This document shows positions 42,168 through 52,672 of a DNA stretch of 64,000 nt, piece by piece (position 1 is the first letter of the stretch; every line of letters begins with the position of its first letter). The notes beneath the pieces are model-generated. The model saw nothing but the letters and a program-made list of their open reading frames with translations, was not told the origin of the DNA and did no database searches. Where the stretch lies: positions 1 through 64,000 of IMG/VR virus record IMGVR_UViG_3300025000_000063; one strand, 5' to 3'. The stretch is from a virus. Its lineage: Duplodnaviria > Heunggongvirae > Uroviricota > Caudoviricetes. The position numbers and the translations under genes are program-made.

Positions 42168-44096
42168 TTAAACAACACTAAATGTTATGCCTGGTGTTTT
42201 TAAATCAAAAGTGATACCGGGCGTTTTTAAATCAAATGTTATCGTTACCTTGCCGTGAGCAAGAGCAGTTAAAATAATTTTACCGTCAAAAATGTTTATT
42301 GCGCTATCTGAAGCTATTACAAGTTTCCCATCCAGAATAGTTGTCCCATCGTCTCCTATAATTATCTTGCCATCCAGCAGCCCAATAGATGCAGTTTTGA
42401 CAGACAGATTACCATCAAATAAATTAACAACATTCGTTTTTATCGCAATTTTACCGTCAAGCAAGTCAGAAGCGATATCTTTGACTGTCACTTTGCCATC
42501 TAAATTTAAAGCGCTGTTTTTGAATATTATCAACTTACCATCGAGAGATAAGGTGGAATAGTCCTGGATTGAAATCAGACCATCCAGATAATCCGTTGTA
42601 ATAGACTTGATTGATATTTTACCGTCCAATAAGTCATAAACCGTGCCCCCGGATTCCAGCAGCATTTTACCGTCAAGACTGTTAGTGACGTTGGACGGGA
42701 CAGTGATCTTACCGTTCAACAGGTCGGAAGCAGTGTTTTTAATTTGGGCTTTGCCATCCAAATAGTTTAGCGCAATATTCTGTACAGTGACCGTACCGTC
42801 GAACAAATTCATTCCGGCGGATTTCAGAACAAGCTCACCATCCAATATGGTGATTCTGTCATCATTGATATTTACGCTACCATCCAGAGTATCCTGTCCA
42901 ACATTGCTTACAGCCACCAAACCATCCAATAAAACGGCCGCCGAATCCCGTATAGCCAGGGACCCGTCCACCAAGGCGGTTGCGGTATCCTTCACCGTCA
43001 ATTCACCATCAAGCAGATTTGTTACCGACGTTTGTTCTAAAATTTGAACCTGACCATCTAATAAGTTCAAAGCATCGTCTTTAATTTTTAATAAGCCGTC
43101 TAACAAAATGCTTGATGCGGATATAATTTTTATTTTTCCATCGAATATAGGCGATAAAGTTGAACCGCCACTCATATACTCATCTGCCCCAACATCCCAC
43201 GCTGATCTGATATCTCCATCAATATCTGTAGTAAATGTTCCTGATAAATCAACTCCATAAACGCCGAAAAGGGCATATCCGGTATTTTTCAGATGAAAAT
43301 CACCATTCGCATAATCAACAAAATAAGTGCTATAGTTGGTTTTAGATGTTGCAACGGTTGTCCCTGGAGCGGTAGCATCCGATGATACATTGTTATCAGT
43401 TCCGGAGACAAATGTACCTGCAAAGCAAGCAGTATCAGAATCTGAAACAATGACATTTTTAGCCGTTACCCTGGATTTATTTGAATTAATACCAGTATCG
43501 CAACTACAAACCGTACAATTGTATAGGTTTAAATACGCCCCAGTAGACGATCCGTCTGAATAGCCATATCCATTGCTAACACCATTACCAATAAAAATAT
43601 TATTATAAGCGTTTACTGTTATACCTGAGTTGCTTGCAGACAATAAAATTGTGCTTGCGGAATTATTGGCTCTAATGATGTTATTTTGTATAGCACATGA
43701 TTGCGATACGGACAAAGCTATCCCACCAAGACCCCTTGAATGATCTATGATAAGGCCGTCACAAACAATACCCGCATTACCAAAAAACACGCCTGGTGAT
43801 GCAGAAGATGCAGCTAATATATAGACGTAATTCCCATCTTCCAACCTTGTATCTGCATATTTCCCCTCGTGCCTGTATGATTCGTTAACTATTATCTGTG
43901 GAATGACTCCAGCCTTCCATCCAGTAATTGATAGGACGGTAGCATCTTTGGCAGATGTAGTTCTCAGACAATCCGCTATAACAATGTCGCCTGAGTTGTA
44001 CCCATCGGATGCAATGTCTTGTGCTGCTTCCCACGCTGATAATGAGGTGTAATCGCCACTACCACCAGGATCAACTATGAAAGAATATATAGTCAC
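42168..44096 (-). CDS. tailspike / tail fiber: N-terminal right-handed beta-helix (pectin-lyase-like) domain + about 20 tandem 13-residue repeats (consensus xLLDGKxxIKxxx)
   Basis: Asn/Ser/Gly-rich beta-helix rungs (NNIIRANN, IFIGNG) are present. Periodic 39 bp DNA repeats span 42260-43100. A C-terminal duplication, ITFDLKTPG, repeats twice. Confidence 0.65.
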   Translation of the reverse strand: MTIYSFIVDPGGSGDYTSLSAWEAAQDIASDGYNSGDIVIADCLRTTSAKDATVLSITGWKAGVIPQIIVNESYRHEGKYADTRLEDGNYVYILAASSASPGVFFGNAGIVCDGLIIDHSRGLGGIALSVSQSCAIQNNIIRANNSASTILLSASNSGITVNAYNNIFIGNGVSNGYGYSDGSSTGAYLNLYNCTVCSCDTGINSNKSRVTAKNVIVSDSDTACFAGTFVSGTDNNVSSDATAPGTTVATSKTNYSTYFVDYANGDFHLKNTGYALFGVYGVDLSGTFTTDIDGDIRSAWDVGADEYMSGGSTLSPIFDGKIKIISASSILLDGLLKIKDDALNLLDGQVQILEQTSVTNLLDGELTVKDTATALVDGSLAIRDSAAVLLDGLVAVSNVGQDTLDGSVNINDDRITILDGELVLKSAGMNLFDGTVTVQNIALNYLDGKAQIKNTASDLLNGKITVPSNVTNSLDGKMLLESGGTVYDLLDGKISIKSITTDYLDGLISIQDYSTLSLDGKLIIFKNSALNLDGKVTVKDIASDLLDGKIAIKTNVVNLFDGNLSVKTASIGLLDGKIIIGDDGTTILDGKLVIASDSAINIFDGKIILTALAHGKVTITFDLKTPGITFDLKTPGITFSVV

Positions 44097-44545
44097 TATT
44101 CAACGATTTCCTCGGTTACCGTGATACTTAGCTTCTTAGCCCTATTTTCCGGTATGTACGAATAGTTGTTGCCGAGTTGTCCGATCATGGCAAGTTTCAC
44201 CTCTTTACTGATAGCGGAACTTTGGAAAGCAGTCTTTTGCTCTTCTGTAAGCCCGGCTGTGGTCCACATATACTTCGGTTCTTTCTCTAGTTTTTTCCAA
44301 GGCTCATTTGGTGAATTACGCCACATCTTGATGGATGTGTCTTCTGTTTTAACTTCTTGCAGCTCAGGAAATTTTAAACTTGAAATAAGTTCATCACGGG
44401 TTATGTTTGGCACATAGCCAATTACAAACATGATATGTTCAGTTGGCGTAAATACATGAGAATCATCGAAAATACCCACGATATCACCAATCTGATTCAC
44501 ACCGTCTTTAAATGTTTCCGCCGATATTAAAAGTAGTTGTGCCAT
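44096..44545 (-). CDS. hypothetical tail-associated protein (149 aa)
   Basis: ORF. Confidence 0.4.
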   Translation of the reverse strand: MAQLLLISAETFKDGVNQIGDIVGIFDDSHVFTPTEHIMFVIGYVPNITRDELISSLKFPELQEVKTEDTSIKMWRNSPNEPWKKLEKEPKYMWTTAGLTEEQKTAFQSSAISKEVKLAMIGQLGNNYSYIPENRAKKLSITVTEEIVE

Positions 44546-44637
44546 TTACACTTTATCCCCAATTAAGTTTATTTTAAGTTCCCGCATTTCTTTAAAATAC
44601 CCATTCTATAATTTCCGCAATGGACTCCAATTCTTCT

Positions 44638-45087
44638 TTAGCCTACGCCCATAATAATTTTAATCATTTCCAACTGTTCCTGGAGTTCCTCTGTTGTCAA
44701 TTTCTTGCCTTGCGCTTCAACACTTATTTTTTTCAAAGATTCTTTGGCTTCTGCCACTTTGAGTTCTTTGTTTATTAATTCTTTTTTAACATTTTGGACA
44801 TCTTCCAATCTTTTTATTTCAGCAGAATCCTGCGGAACAAGGCCCCACTGTTGCGTCCACACCCCTTCAACTTCTACAGGGGCAATTTCCTGTAAAACAT
44901 AATAAACGGGATCATATTCAGGGGGCCGTGTTAAAAGGACGCGTTTGTACCCGTCCGGAGGGGAGAATGGCTGCCTAAAAGCTTTTCTTGGGAATTCTCT
45001 TTTAACGTCTTTTTCTGATAACGGATATTTTTTATCTGAAATTCTTATAAACATTTTGTACTCCTTAATGAATAACCATATATACAT
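44638..45087 (-). CDS. hypothetical protein (149 aa, coiled-coil C-terminus)
   Basis: ORF. Confidence 0.4.
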   Translation of the reverse strand: MYIWLFIKEYKMFIRISDKKYPLSEKDVKREFPRKAFRQPFSPPDGYKRVLLTRPPEYDPVYYVLQEIAPVEVEGVWTQQWGLVPQDSAEIKRLEDVQNVKKELINKELKVAEAKESLKKISVEAQGKKLTTEELQEQLEMIKIIMGVG

Positions 45088-46027
45088 AAGTTGATCCGTT
45101 TGCGTTCACATCGGTGTCAGTACTGGTGAGTTGAAATCCGTTGGAATTCACTTTTAATAAATCCTCAGACGATTCGGCCGCACTTGAATTAAGACGGGTA
45201 ACAGCGTCATTCCCAGTCTCTGAAATGCCTCTTTCTGAATCCACTACCACCCAATCTCCAGTTCCACCAATTGACCTTTTAATCATGATATATTTAGGTT
45301 CCATACCTGTTGTAACGATTGGCCCTGTTATGGAACCATTCCCGGGATAACTCCCACAGACTATTTTACCTAAAGTGGAAGCATCGTGAGCGAAAGCCAT
45401 TACATCCACGACAGTGGGGGATGCTATATCGGCAGCATGTAGTGTTACGTCGGTTCCTGAAACAGTAATTGCGCCGAGCGTGGCCTCCTCTGCATTTGTG
45501 TTAAGCTTTAAAAGTTTTCCACTGGTTAGAGACCTATGCCAAACAAAAAATGAGTTGCCAGTTACATCAAAACAAACGACCATACCGATTGTCTCTAAGT
45601 CTGCGAAAGCTATAGTGTTGTCGGAAGTCACAGGAACAGAAGGGCTATAATCAAAGAATTTAGGAGATTCTCGGAATGTATGCACAACATAAGTCCCGCC
45701 CGATTCATTTATATTAACATCTGTTGTTGTGATATCTATCCCGATTTCAGTCCAGTCCCCAATATCGAATGCAGTTCCTACAACAGAACCATCCCCACCA
45801 GAAGAACAAGTTAAATACGCATAACCACCTGCCACTGCTCCATTATAAAAAATGGGGTAAGAAGACGCATTCCGTCGCTTGAAAAATTGAACCCCTGTCT
45901 CATTTAACAGATCTACATCATTAACTATACTGACAGGCGGGGTTGCCCCAGTATAAATATCAGTACTGAATACACCTTTTAACAAGGCTTTGCTACGGTT
46001 CATAAAAAGTCTTTTTCTTATCGTCAT
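45065..46027 (-). CDS. tail / baseplate-associated protein (320 aa)
   Basis: Positioned within the distal tail genes. Gly/Thr/Ser-rich. Confidence 0.4.
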   Translation of the reverse strand: MTIRKRLFMNRSKALLKGVFSTDIYTGATPPVSIVNDVDLLNETGVQFFKRRNASSYPIFYNGAVAGGYAYLTCSSGGDGSVVGTAFDIGDWTEIGIDITTTDVNINESGGTYVVHTFRESPKFFDYSPSVPVTSDNTIAFADLETIGMVVCFDVTGNSFFVWHRSLTSGKLLKLNTNAEEATLGAITVSGTDVTLHAADIASPTVVDVMAFAHDASTLGKIVCGSYPGNGSITGPIVTTGMEPKYIMIKRSIGGTGDWVVVDSERGISETGNDAVTRLNSSAAESSEDLLKVNSNGFQLTSTDTDVNANGSTYVYMVIH

Positions 46028-46800
46028 CTTGCAACAATCCCATATTTAGTGGTTCCACCATCTATAGTCCAAATCAACACAAGATCGATCCCACTTGCAT
46101 GTAATGGAGTTTCATTTTCCGAAAACACTGTAGTTAAATCCCCATTTGGTAAAATCCAATTTGTTGTTGGAAGATCCGGCTCATATCCCCCAGCGTCGAT
46201 TAACCAAAGCAGAACCTCACCATATTCACCGGATGGGGGCCAATTGACGATTGATAAGTCAAAATATCCAGTGGCGGTGAGTATCCCAATATTCCCGTCC
46301 TCGATATCCATCTCAATGGCAGCAGAAAATGTCAGTACTTGGGTTTTTTCAGATGTGTTTTTAAAAACGGTATTTGATTGAGTATACCCGTTCGCATCTA
46401 CATCTTGATTCCATTTGTTTGTAAATGGGATCTCCGCATAATCCGTATTTGCTACGGCTGGTTCAGACACTGTGACATCCGACAAAGCAACCGCCACAGA
46501 CCACCACCCGGATGTTCCGGTTACTGCGTGATAATAAGTCCAGCCAACAGAAGCAGCCCCGGTAGCCGCAGACCAGTAACCTTTGAAATTAGCTGCGCCT
46601 TGAGCGATTAAAGCCACAGTCGCTGCGTTTTCGATATCTGGGATCAAGGCGTTTATGCCGGATATACTGGCATTCATGTTTGCGGCAAGCGTTGCCTCAT
46701 ATGTCAATTGCTGTGCCGTATACGTACTAAAATTGGTTTTTTGTCCTCTGATTGGAACCCCCCCGGTATAAACCGGAACAGGTAATATTGGTGTAGTCAT
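46024..46800 (-). CDS. tail protein (258 aa)
   Basis: Position only. Confidence 0.4.
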   Translation of the reverse strand: MTTPILPVPVYTGGVPIRGQKTNFSTYTAQQLTYEATLAANMNASISGINALIPDIENAATVALIAQGAANFKGYWSAATGAASVGWTYYHAVTGTSGWWSVAVALSDVTVSEPAVANTDYAEIPFTNKWNQDVDANGYTQSNTVFKNTSEKTQVLTFSAAIEMDIEDGNIGILTATGYFDLSIVNWPPSGEYGEVLLWLIDAGGYEPDLPTTNWILPNGDLTTVFSENETPLHASGIDLVLIWTIDGGTTKYGIVAR

Positions 46801-47718
46801 TTAAATAAACCCCTCAAATGTTATGGAACATTCACTAACTGCCGGACCCGGAACCACTATGGAAAAATCCGTGAAAAACCCGTAACCGTTCATAGACGTT
46901 ATCCCGTAATCAACATCATCCCCGATAAAAGCAACCCCTACCGCATCCATTTCCGACAATATAGAATCCACCTCATCAACAAATTCATTTTCGATAATGA
47001 TATCCAGTTCAACTTCTCTGGCGCTTGGTCGTTTAGTAAACTCAACCCTACCGTACTCATCTCGATCAGTTTTGGAAAAAGATAAGCGCCCTATTTTTGG
47101 CCCCCACACAGTTTTCCCCAAAGACATCAACTTTCCTACCACAACCGCGCCAGCTTTGACGGTCTCACCGGAATAAGAAATTGTGATAGTCGTAACCGCA
47201 TCCGGGTATGGCGGCAAATCAAGATCCACAATTGTTTTGATGTATCGAACCGGTTTAAAATAGTAATCGTAATAATCATCAACTTCCATGTCAATCGCAG
47301 AATGTACTTTACGATAAACCTCACCCTCAACGGGATCAGTCATAACGATAGTCACCGTTTCGGCCTCAATATTAAAAATAGCACAGGCGTCTATTATCTC
47401 TCCGGGCGTAATTTCCACCACGATTTCATCTGTTGTAACCGTCTGAGAGTTAACAAACTCGTCAGACAGCATTTTCCACGGGTTAGTAGCTCCTAAATAA
47501 ATCCATTTCGGGGTGGCAGATACCCGATCATCCGTTGTATTTGGATCATTCCCGATATTACTCCCAGCCACACTTTCCCATTCTTCGTGCTGAGCAGCGA
47601 TCATCACGGTATCCCCCGCGGCATATGTTGTACCCACCGCCCATTCCGGATTATCTGTTTCCGGGACATCCGTAGTTGTGTTTACATCTGTTAAAAGGAC
47701 AGGGATAATGGCTTTCAT
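46801..47718 (-). CDS. distal tail protein (Dit-like), immediately downstream of the tape measure
   Basis: Position after the tape measure protein (TMP). Size 305 aa. Confidence 0.45.
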   Translation of the reverse strand: MKAIIPVLLTDVNTTTDVPETDNPEWAVGTTYAAGDTVMIAAQHEEWESVAGSNIGNDPNTTDDRVSATPKWIYLGATNPWKMLSDEFVNSQTVTTDEIVVEITPGEIIDACAIFNIEAETVTIVMTDPVEGEVYRKVHSAIDMEVDDYYDYYFKPVRYIKTIVDLDLPPYPDAVTTITISYSGETVKAGAVVVGKLMSLGKTVWGPKIGRLSFSKTDRDEYGRVEFTKRPSAREVELDIIIENEFVDEVDSILSEMDAVGVAFIGDDVDYGITSMNGYGFFTDFSIVVPGPAVSECSITFEGFI

Positions 47719-50700
47719 GCAATCACCCTCACTTTCATAGCGTCAACATCGTTAAACCGCTTCAGCAATTTTGTAGTTTCCAAAGTATTTTTAACCGTTT
47801 GATAATTCAAAGTCTCCAGACGCTCTGTCTGTTTTTCAATAGCTTTGACAACGGCATCATTGTCAGGAAGTTTTTTGTTTGGGATAATCCATTCATCCCC
47901 GTGGAAAGTGGCATCCGGCATTTTATACCCAGAATCAGGTCCAGAGATAAACCCCCCGTCCCGGAACTGCCTGCCCTCGTTCAATCCGTACATCAGGTAA
48001 TGTTCCAGCCCACTGGCAAATTGCCCGGATTGTACTGCCTGGGCTACGTCTAAATTGTTGGCAAGGTATGTGTCCTCTTTCGTCAAAGAGGCGTATCCAG
48101 TGGCTCCACGGCCTTCATATTTGCCATACAAGTCATAGTGTTCTTGGCCGCTGGTAAACTGCCCGGCAGCCACAGCCGCGGCTACGTCAGGATTCGCAGC
48201 CAGATAAGCAGCTTCCGGGTCTGCCGTTGTTTGTGCTGTAATCAATGCGGCTTGGGCAGCAAAGAAGGCTTGCATTAACTGCTCGATGGTTTGGGAGCTG
48301 TCCAACAAACTTTTCAAAGTCGCAATTTCTTCCTGCATCCAGGAATTATCCAGTTCCATTTGTGCTGATTCGTATGCAGCACGGGCAGCGGCAATATCCG
48401 TCACGTTGGAAGAAACCCCATTGACTTCGTCCATCAAGCCTTCCAAGTATTCGGTCTGTTTTTCAGCTTCAGATAATTGATCAACGGCGGAGTCCTCAAC
48501 CCCAGTCAACAAAACGGAAGTCTTTGCCAAGTCACGGGCATAATCAATCCAAGAAACTGAAGTGGACTTGGCAGTGTCCAGATACTTTTCCGAAACCGAC
48601 AATAGGCTGTCTATGGATTCTGTATCCCCTGACATGGCTGAACTTGCCAGAGACGACATTTGAGATGCATAAATGCTTTTACCGGTAACGCCGATTGTCC
48701 CGGCAGTTGACCACATTTCAGACTTGAAATCTTGCAAACTTTTGATGGCCGGAGTAAGCGCCGACACGATATCTTGCTGTGCGCTCAGTTCATCGTCTAA
48801 AAGACTCAGATAATTTTCTTTGGCCGTGGCCGCCTTATCCTCCAGGATGGATAATTCGCTTTCAAGGGCAGATAAATATTCCTGGCCGGCGGAATTCCTG
48901 GAAGAAGTAAGAGAATCAATATCTATCCCGGCATTATCAAAAAAGTCATCCCATTTTTCGGACAAAGCGTCCACTTCCGAAATAATGCTGGATATATCAA
49001 GTTGGTCTATGATGTAAGGCAAATAATCAAACATCTTTTCAACATCACCGCCCACGGCATCAAAAACTTCCCCCAGCTTAATATTAAAAGGAGTGATATA
49101 TTTTTCAATGACTTCGTTTGTCAACGAAACAGCCAAAGAGGAGGATACTGACTGTTTCATGATATCAGAAATCAAGCTCCCGGTATCTCCGCCCATTATT
49201 GCCTGTTGCAAGGCCGAGCTTACGTTTGTGGCAGTTAGCCCACTGACCTGCATACCCAAGGCCGTGGTGCGATTTTTCTCAGCTTCCGTGACCTCTTCCA
49301 GCGTAGCCAAAGAATCATTAAGGGCGTCAATCCACGTCTCAAACTGATCAATGATTTGAACCAGGGGATCTGTAATTTTTATCAATGGGTCCATCATGGC
49401 ATCCATTTCCGTAAAAACACCCATGATCGATTCCAAATTCAAAAAAGCCTGCAAAGAATCATCCCCCAAAGCTGCCATCTGCCCGGAAAACTTTTCAAGG
49501 AAATCAGTAGTCCCTTCAACAACCGTATTAAAATCTATAAACGCCTGAAAAAGGTCCTCATCATCCCCTTTTATAGATTCAAAAAAATCAACCCCGAAAG
49601 ATTCGAACCCGGCACCCATCGTTACCGTTTTTAAACCGTCTAAAATACCTTCAAAAACATTGTTGCTAACCGCTTCCAGGATTGCGTCGGTATCCATGCC
49701 TTCAGTGTACACCCAACCCCTATTTTTGGCCCCTGCATCGTATTTTTCCAGGGTTTCGGCGAATGCCCCGGAAAGTGCTTCATCTACCGCAGCAAACCGA
49801 GTATCAAAAAACTCCAAAAGGGTGGCAGAAGATTCACCCCCCATGTCCTGAGCAAAGAGTTTGTAATTGTATTTGGTTGAGTTCAGGCTCCCTGTCGATG
49901 GAGATTCTTCCTCCCAAGACCCACCTTGTATTCCTATTGCCGGGGTCGGATCATCTTCAAAGAGAGAAGTAATCAACGGGATAGCTATGGCTGCAATAGC
50001 CGCATAAGGAGCGATGGCAGAAAGCGTAGAAGCTATACCCGCTGTTCCGGCAGCTTCAGCTCCGGCCGCGACCATATATTCAGCTCCACCATAATAAGCA
50101 GCACTCGTACCCGCCATTGAAGCGCCTGTCCCGTACCAATTGGAATTACCGAATATGCTGGAGCCTACTTTTCCCCCAAGGCCAGTTGTTAGAAATTGGG
50201 AAGTTCCTCCGTTGAAAGCATTATATATGGAATTGGCCCCTGAAGCCGTACTGAGAATATTAGAACTGGCCCCGGACATGTTTGAAAAGGATGTCCCATT
50301 CCAAGTTGCGCCCAAAGCGGAACCAATTTGTAAACCAATAGGAATAACGAATTTCTGAGCAATTATTGAAGCGGCGATCTCATAAAGCATGTCCTTGAAG
50401 ATGCTGACAATCTTATCAGCCATATTTTCATGGGATTCAATAATATCCTTAATATTATCTTTTATGGTGTCAGAAAAATCAGTGTAAGCTTCAAGAGATT
50501 TTTCCTGAGATTTTTTATACTCCTTGGCCCATCTCTCCCGGAACTTTGCAAGATCTTCTTCAGCCTTCTTACGATCTTCAACGGCTTTCAATTCTTTCTC
50601 TGCCAGGTAAGCAATCTGAGCCTCCTGGGTTAAGAAGGAATCGTCCCAGGCCATACCAAGTGCCATATTGGAATATCTGTTTTTGAAGCCCTCTTCTTGG

Positions 50701-52151
50701 TCAGCGAGCAGCTTCATTAATCGGGCAGTTTCTTCTATACCTTCATTTGTTGCTCCGATTACTTTTACTTTTTCTTTACGCCAATTATCTACTTCCAGAT
50801 ATTTTAATTGCTTTTCTGCGTCAGCATAACCTCCGGTGCTTATTTGTAATTGTGCTAACAATTTTGCGACAGACTCATTTGCACTTATTTGTTTTTTGGT
50901 CAGAGCGATACTTTCTTTGACTGCCGAGGCAACAACCCCAGATATTGTGCCAGCATATTCCGAATACCCATCGGTACTCTCGGAAATAGTTTTATTCACC
51001 CCGTTTAAACTAATATCAAAATCCAGAACACGCTGCCGCATTTGGTTCGTGCTGGAAGTTAAAAATTCGGCTAAAGACATTTGCCCACCAGCAACCATGC
51101 CAGCAGCTTTAGAATTAACCATAACACTATCTAACGCAGTGTTCACCAAGGACAATGCTGCTGCCGCAACTTGCCCAGCAGCAGCCACTCCACGCAACGT
51201 TACCGCAATAGATTGGATTAATTCTGGTAAATGCTGTTTAATTAATTCAGAATTATTATCAACCCAATTCGCAAATTCTTGAGAAACTCGCTGTAACTCT
51301 GCTTGAATTTCCGGCTGAACAATTGCTGTATTCAAATCCTTCATTAAATTGGTTACTGCTTTTACGGCATCGGCGGTTGCTGGATTAAATGCCTCTCCCA
51401 TTTCGATCTTAAAATCATTGATATACCTGGGTAAAGAAGTGATTTGTTTTCCAGCGGTTTCCATCGCAGCTTCATACGTGCCAATTTTTTTAACACCTTC
51501 TTCCATAACCGCATTGGTACGCGCTTGCATTTTCTCTTGTTCAGTTAATGCATTTGAGGTTTTACCAAGTTCCTTCGCCAATTTAGCGTAAGAAGCTTCA
51601 AAAGAAACATTGATACCAATAGACCTCAATACGTCAGTTTGAGCTGTCTGGATACCATGAATCATCCTTTCAAGTGCTTCCGATGAATTTATATTTCCAA
51701 TAATAGCCGCATCCTGCGCAATACGAGCAAGCTGCTGCGATTTCGACAAGTCGATTTGGGCTTGTGCCATACGGATTGTAACCTGTCTGGCAATATCCAT
51801 CTGGATACCAGCGTCTTTTACTCCAGCAGCGTATTTATTCATTTCCTGGGAGGAGTACCCCATATTTTTACCAACCTGGGTTAATACCACTCCAAGGGTC
51901 TCGTACCTGGCGCCAGCCATTGCAACATCTTGTAGAAATGTCTTTAACTGCAAGCCGGCAAAAGCAGTACCAATCAACCCTACTGATTTTACAATAAAGG
52001 CAGATGAACTCCCCCAACCCCTATTCACTTTAGACAAGGCATCATCTGTCTTCCTGGAGTACTTTTCCAGTTCAGAATTTGCCTGAGCCACAGCGGATTT
52101 CAGGTCTGTTATGTCTGCACCGATTGTTGCAAGTAAGCTGCCGATATCCAT
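47715..52151 (-). CDS. tail tape measure protein (1478 aa)
   Basis: Very long Ala/Gln/Glu-rich coiled-coil protein downstream of the G/GT chaperones. This is typical of tape measure proteins. Confidence 0.85.
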   Translation of the reverse strand: MDIGSLLATIGADITDLKSAVAQANSELEKYSRKTDDALSKVNRGWGSSSAFIVKSVGLIGTAFAGLQLKTFLQDVAMAGARYETLGVVLTQVGKNMGYSSQEMNKYAAGVKDAGIQMDIARQVTIRMAQAQIDLSKSQQLARIAQDAAIIGNINSSEALERMIHGIQTAQTDVLRSIGINVSFEASYAKLAKELGKTSNALTEQEKMQARTNAVMEEGVKKIGTYEAAMETAGKQITSLPRYINDFKIEMGEAFNPATADAVKAVTNLMKDLNTAIVQPEIQAELQRVSQEFANWVDNNSELIKQHLPELIQSIAVTLRGVAAAGQVAAAALSLVNTALDSVMVNSKAAGMVAGGQMSLAEFLTSSTNQMRQRVLDFDISLNGVNKTISESTDGYSEYAGTISGVVASAVKESIALTKKQISANESVAKLLAQLQISTGGYADAEKQLKYLEVDNWRKEKVKVIGATNEGIEETARLMKLLADQEEGFKNRYSNMALGMAWDDSFLTQEAQIAYLAEKELKAVEDRKKAEEDLAKFRERWAKEYKKSQEKSLEAYTDFSDTIKDNIKDIIESHENMADKIVSIFKDMLYEIAASIIAQKFVIPIGLQIGSALGATWNGTSFSNMSGASSNILSTASGANSIYNAFNGGTSQFLTTGLGGKVGSSIFGNSNWYGTGASMAGTSAAYYGGAEYMVAAGAEAAGTAGIASTLSAIAPYAAIAAIAIPLITSLFEDDPTPAIGIQGGSWEEESPSTGSLNSTKYNYKLFAQDMGGESSATLLEFFDTRFAAVDEALSGAFAETLEKYDAGAKNRGWVYTEGMDTDAILEAVSNNVFEGILDGLKTVTMGAGFESFGVDFFESIKGDDEDLFQAFIDFNTVVEGTTDFLEKFSGQMAALGDDSLQAFLNLESIMGVFTEMDAMMDPLIKITDPLVQIIDQFETWIDALNDSLATLEEVTEAEKNRTTALGMQVSGLTATNVSSALQQAIMGGDTGSLISDIMKQSVSSSLAVSLTNEVIEKYITPFNIKLGEVFDAVGGDVEKMFDYLPYIIDQLDISSIISEVDALSEKWDDFFDNAGIDIDSLTSSRNSAGQEYLSALESELSILEDKAATAKENYLSLLDDELSAQQDIVSALTPAIKSLQDFKSEMWSTAGTIGVTGKSIYASQMSSLASSAMSGDTESIDSLLSVSEKYLDTAKSTSVSWIDYARDLAKTSVLLTGVEDSAVDQLSEAEKQTEYLEGLMDEVNGVSSNVTDIAAARAAYESAQMELDNSWMQEEIATLKSLLDSSQTIEQLMQAFFAAQAALITAQTTADPEAAYLAANPDVAAAVAAGQFTSGQEHYDLYGKYEGRGATGYASLTKEDTYLANNLDVAQAVQSGQFASGLEHYLMYGLNEGRQFRDGGFISGPDSGYKMPDATFHGDEWIIPNKKLPDNDAVVKAIEKQTERLETLNYQTVKNTLETTKLLKRFNDVDAMKVRVIA

Positions 52152-52160
52152 TATTTGTCC

Positions 52161-52643
52161 TTATTTACCTGTATCCCCATTTGTTTTAAGCCGTCTGGGT
52201 TTTCTTACTGACGCTGCTGGTTGAACTTGGGAAAGCCGTTTGGGGGGCTTTGTCCTTGTTGCAAACTCTTCCAAGGCATAATTGTACCATTTTCCGTCAG
52301 TGCCTTGAACTTTTTTAACTTCAACTTCATCTTTCTTTGCCCAAGCCTTTGCTTTTTCATCCCCTGATTTCAACAAAATGTTTTTAAAAGAGGATAACAA
52401 ACCTGAAGCAACTTCTTTCTTTGCTGCTTTACTGGAAGTTGTCTTGGCTTTCTTTTTCCAGGGCATGAAATCCTCAATACTGAATTCAGCCCCATCTTTT
52501 CTTTTAACTGTTGCGGATGCAAATAATTGGGCAACATATGCGATCTGAAGCAGAATAACATCCTCAAAAGACGGATTGTCTTTCGCAAATATTTCCCATT
52601 CGAGTGCTTGTTTTGCTGTCATGCTGCCCATAAATGCATCCAT
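52161..52643 (-). CDS. tail assembly chaperone gpT-like frame, expressed as a gpG-T fusion by a -1 frameshift
   Basis: The frame is open for 22 codons upstream of its ATG and overlaps the gpG 3' end. A slippery heptamer, A AAA AAC, lies at 52703-52710 on the minus strand. Confidence 0.6.
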   Translation of the reverse strand: MDAFMGSMTAKQALEWEIFAKDNPSFEDVILLQIAYVAQLFASATVKRKDGAEFSIEDFMPWKKKAKTTSSKAAKKEVASGLLSSFKNILLKSGDEKAKAWAKKDEVEVKKVQGTDGKWYNYALEEFATRTKPPKRLSQVQPAASVRKPRRLKTNGDTGK

Positions 52644-52672
52644 ATTATATTGTCCCGCCCTACGTGCTTCTG

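Noticed and set aside
42260-43100. Possible CRISPR-like periodic repeats
   Set aside because: The 39 bp periodicity is in-frame protein-coding (13 aa tailspike repeats). The units are imperfect at the DNA level and lack unique spacers. This is not a CRISPR array.
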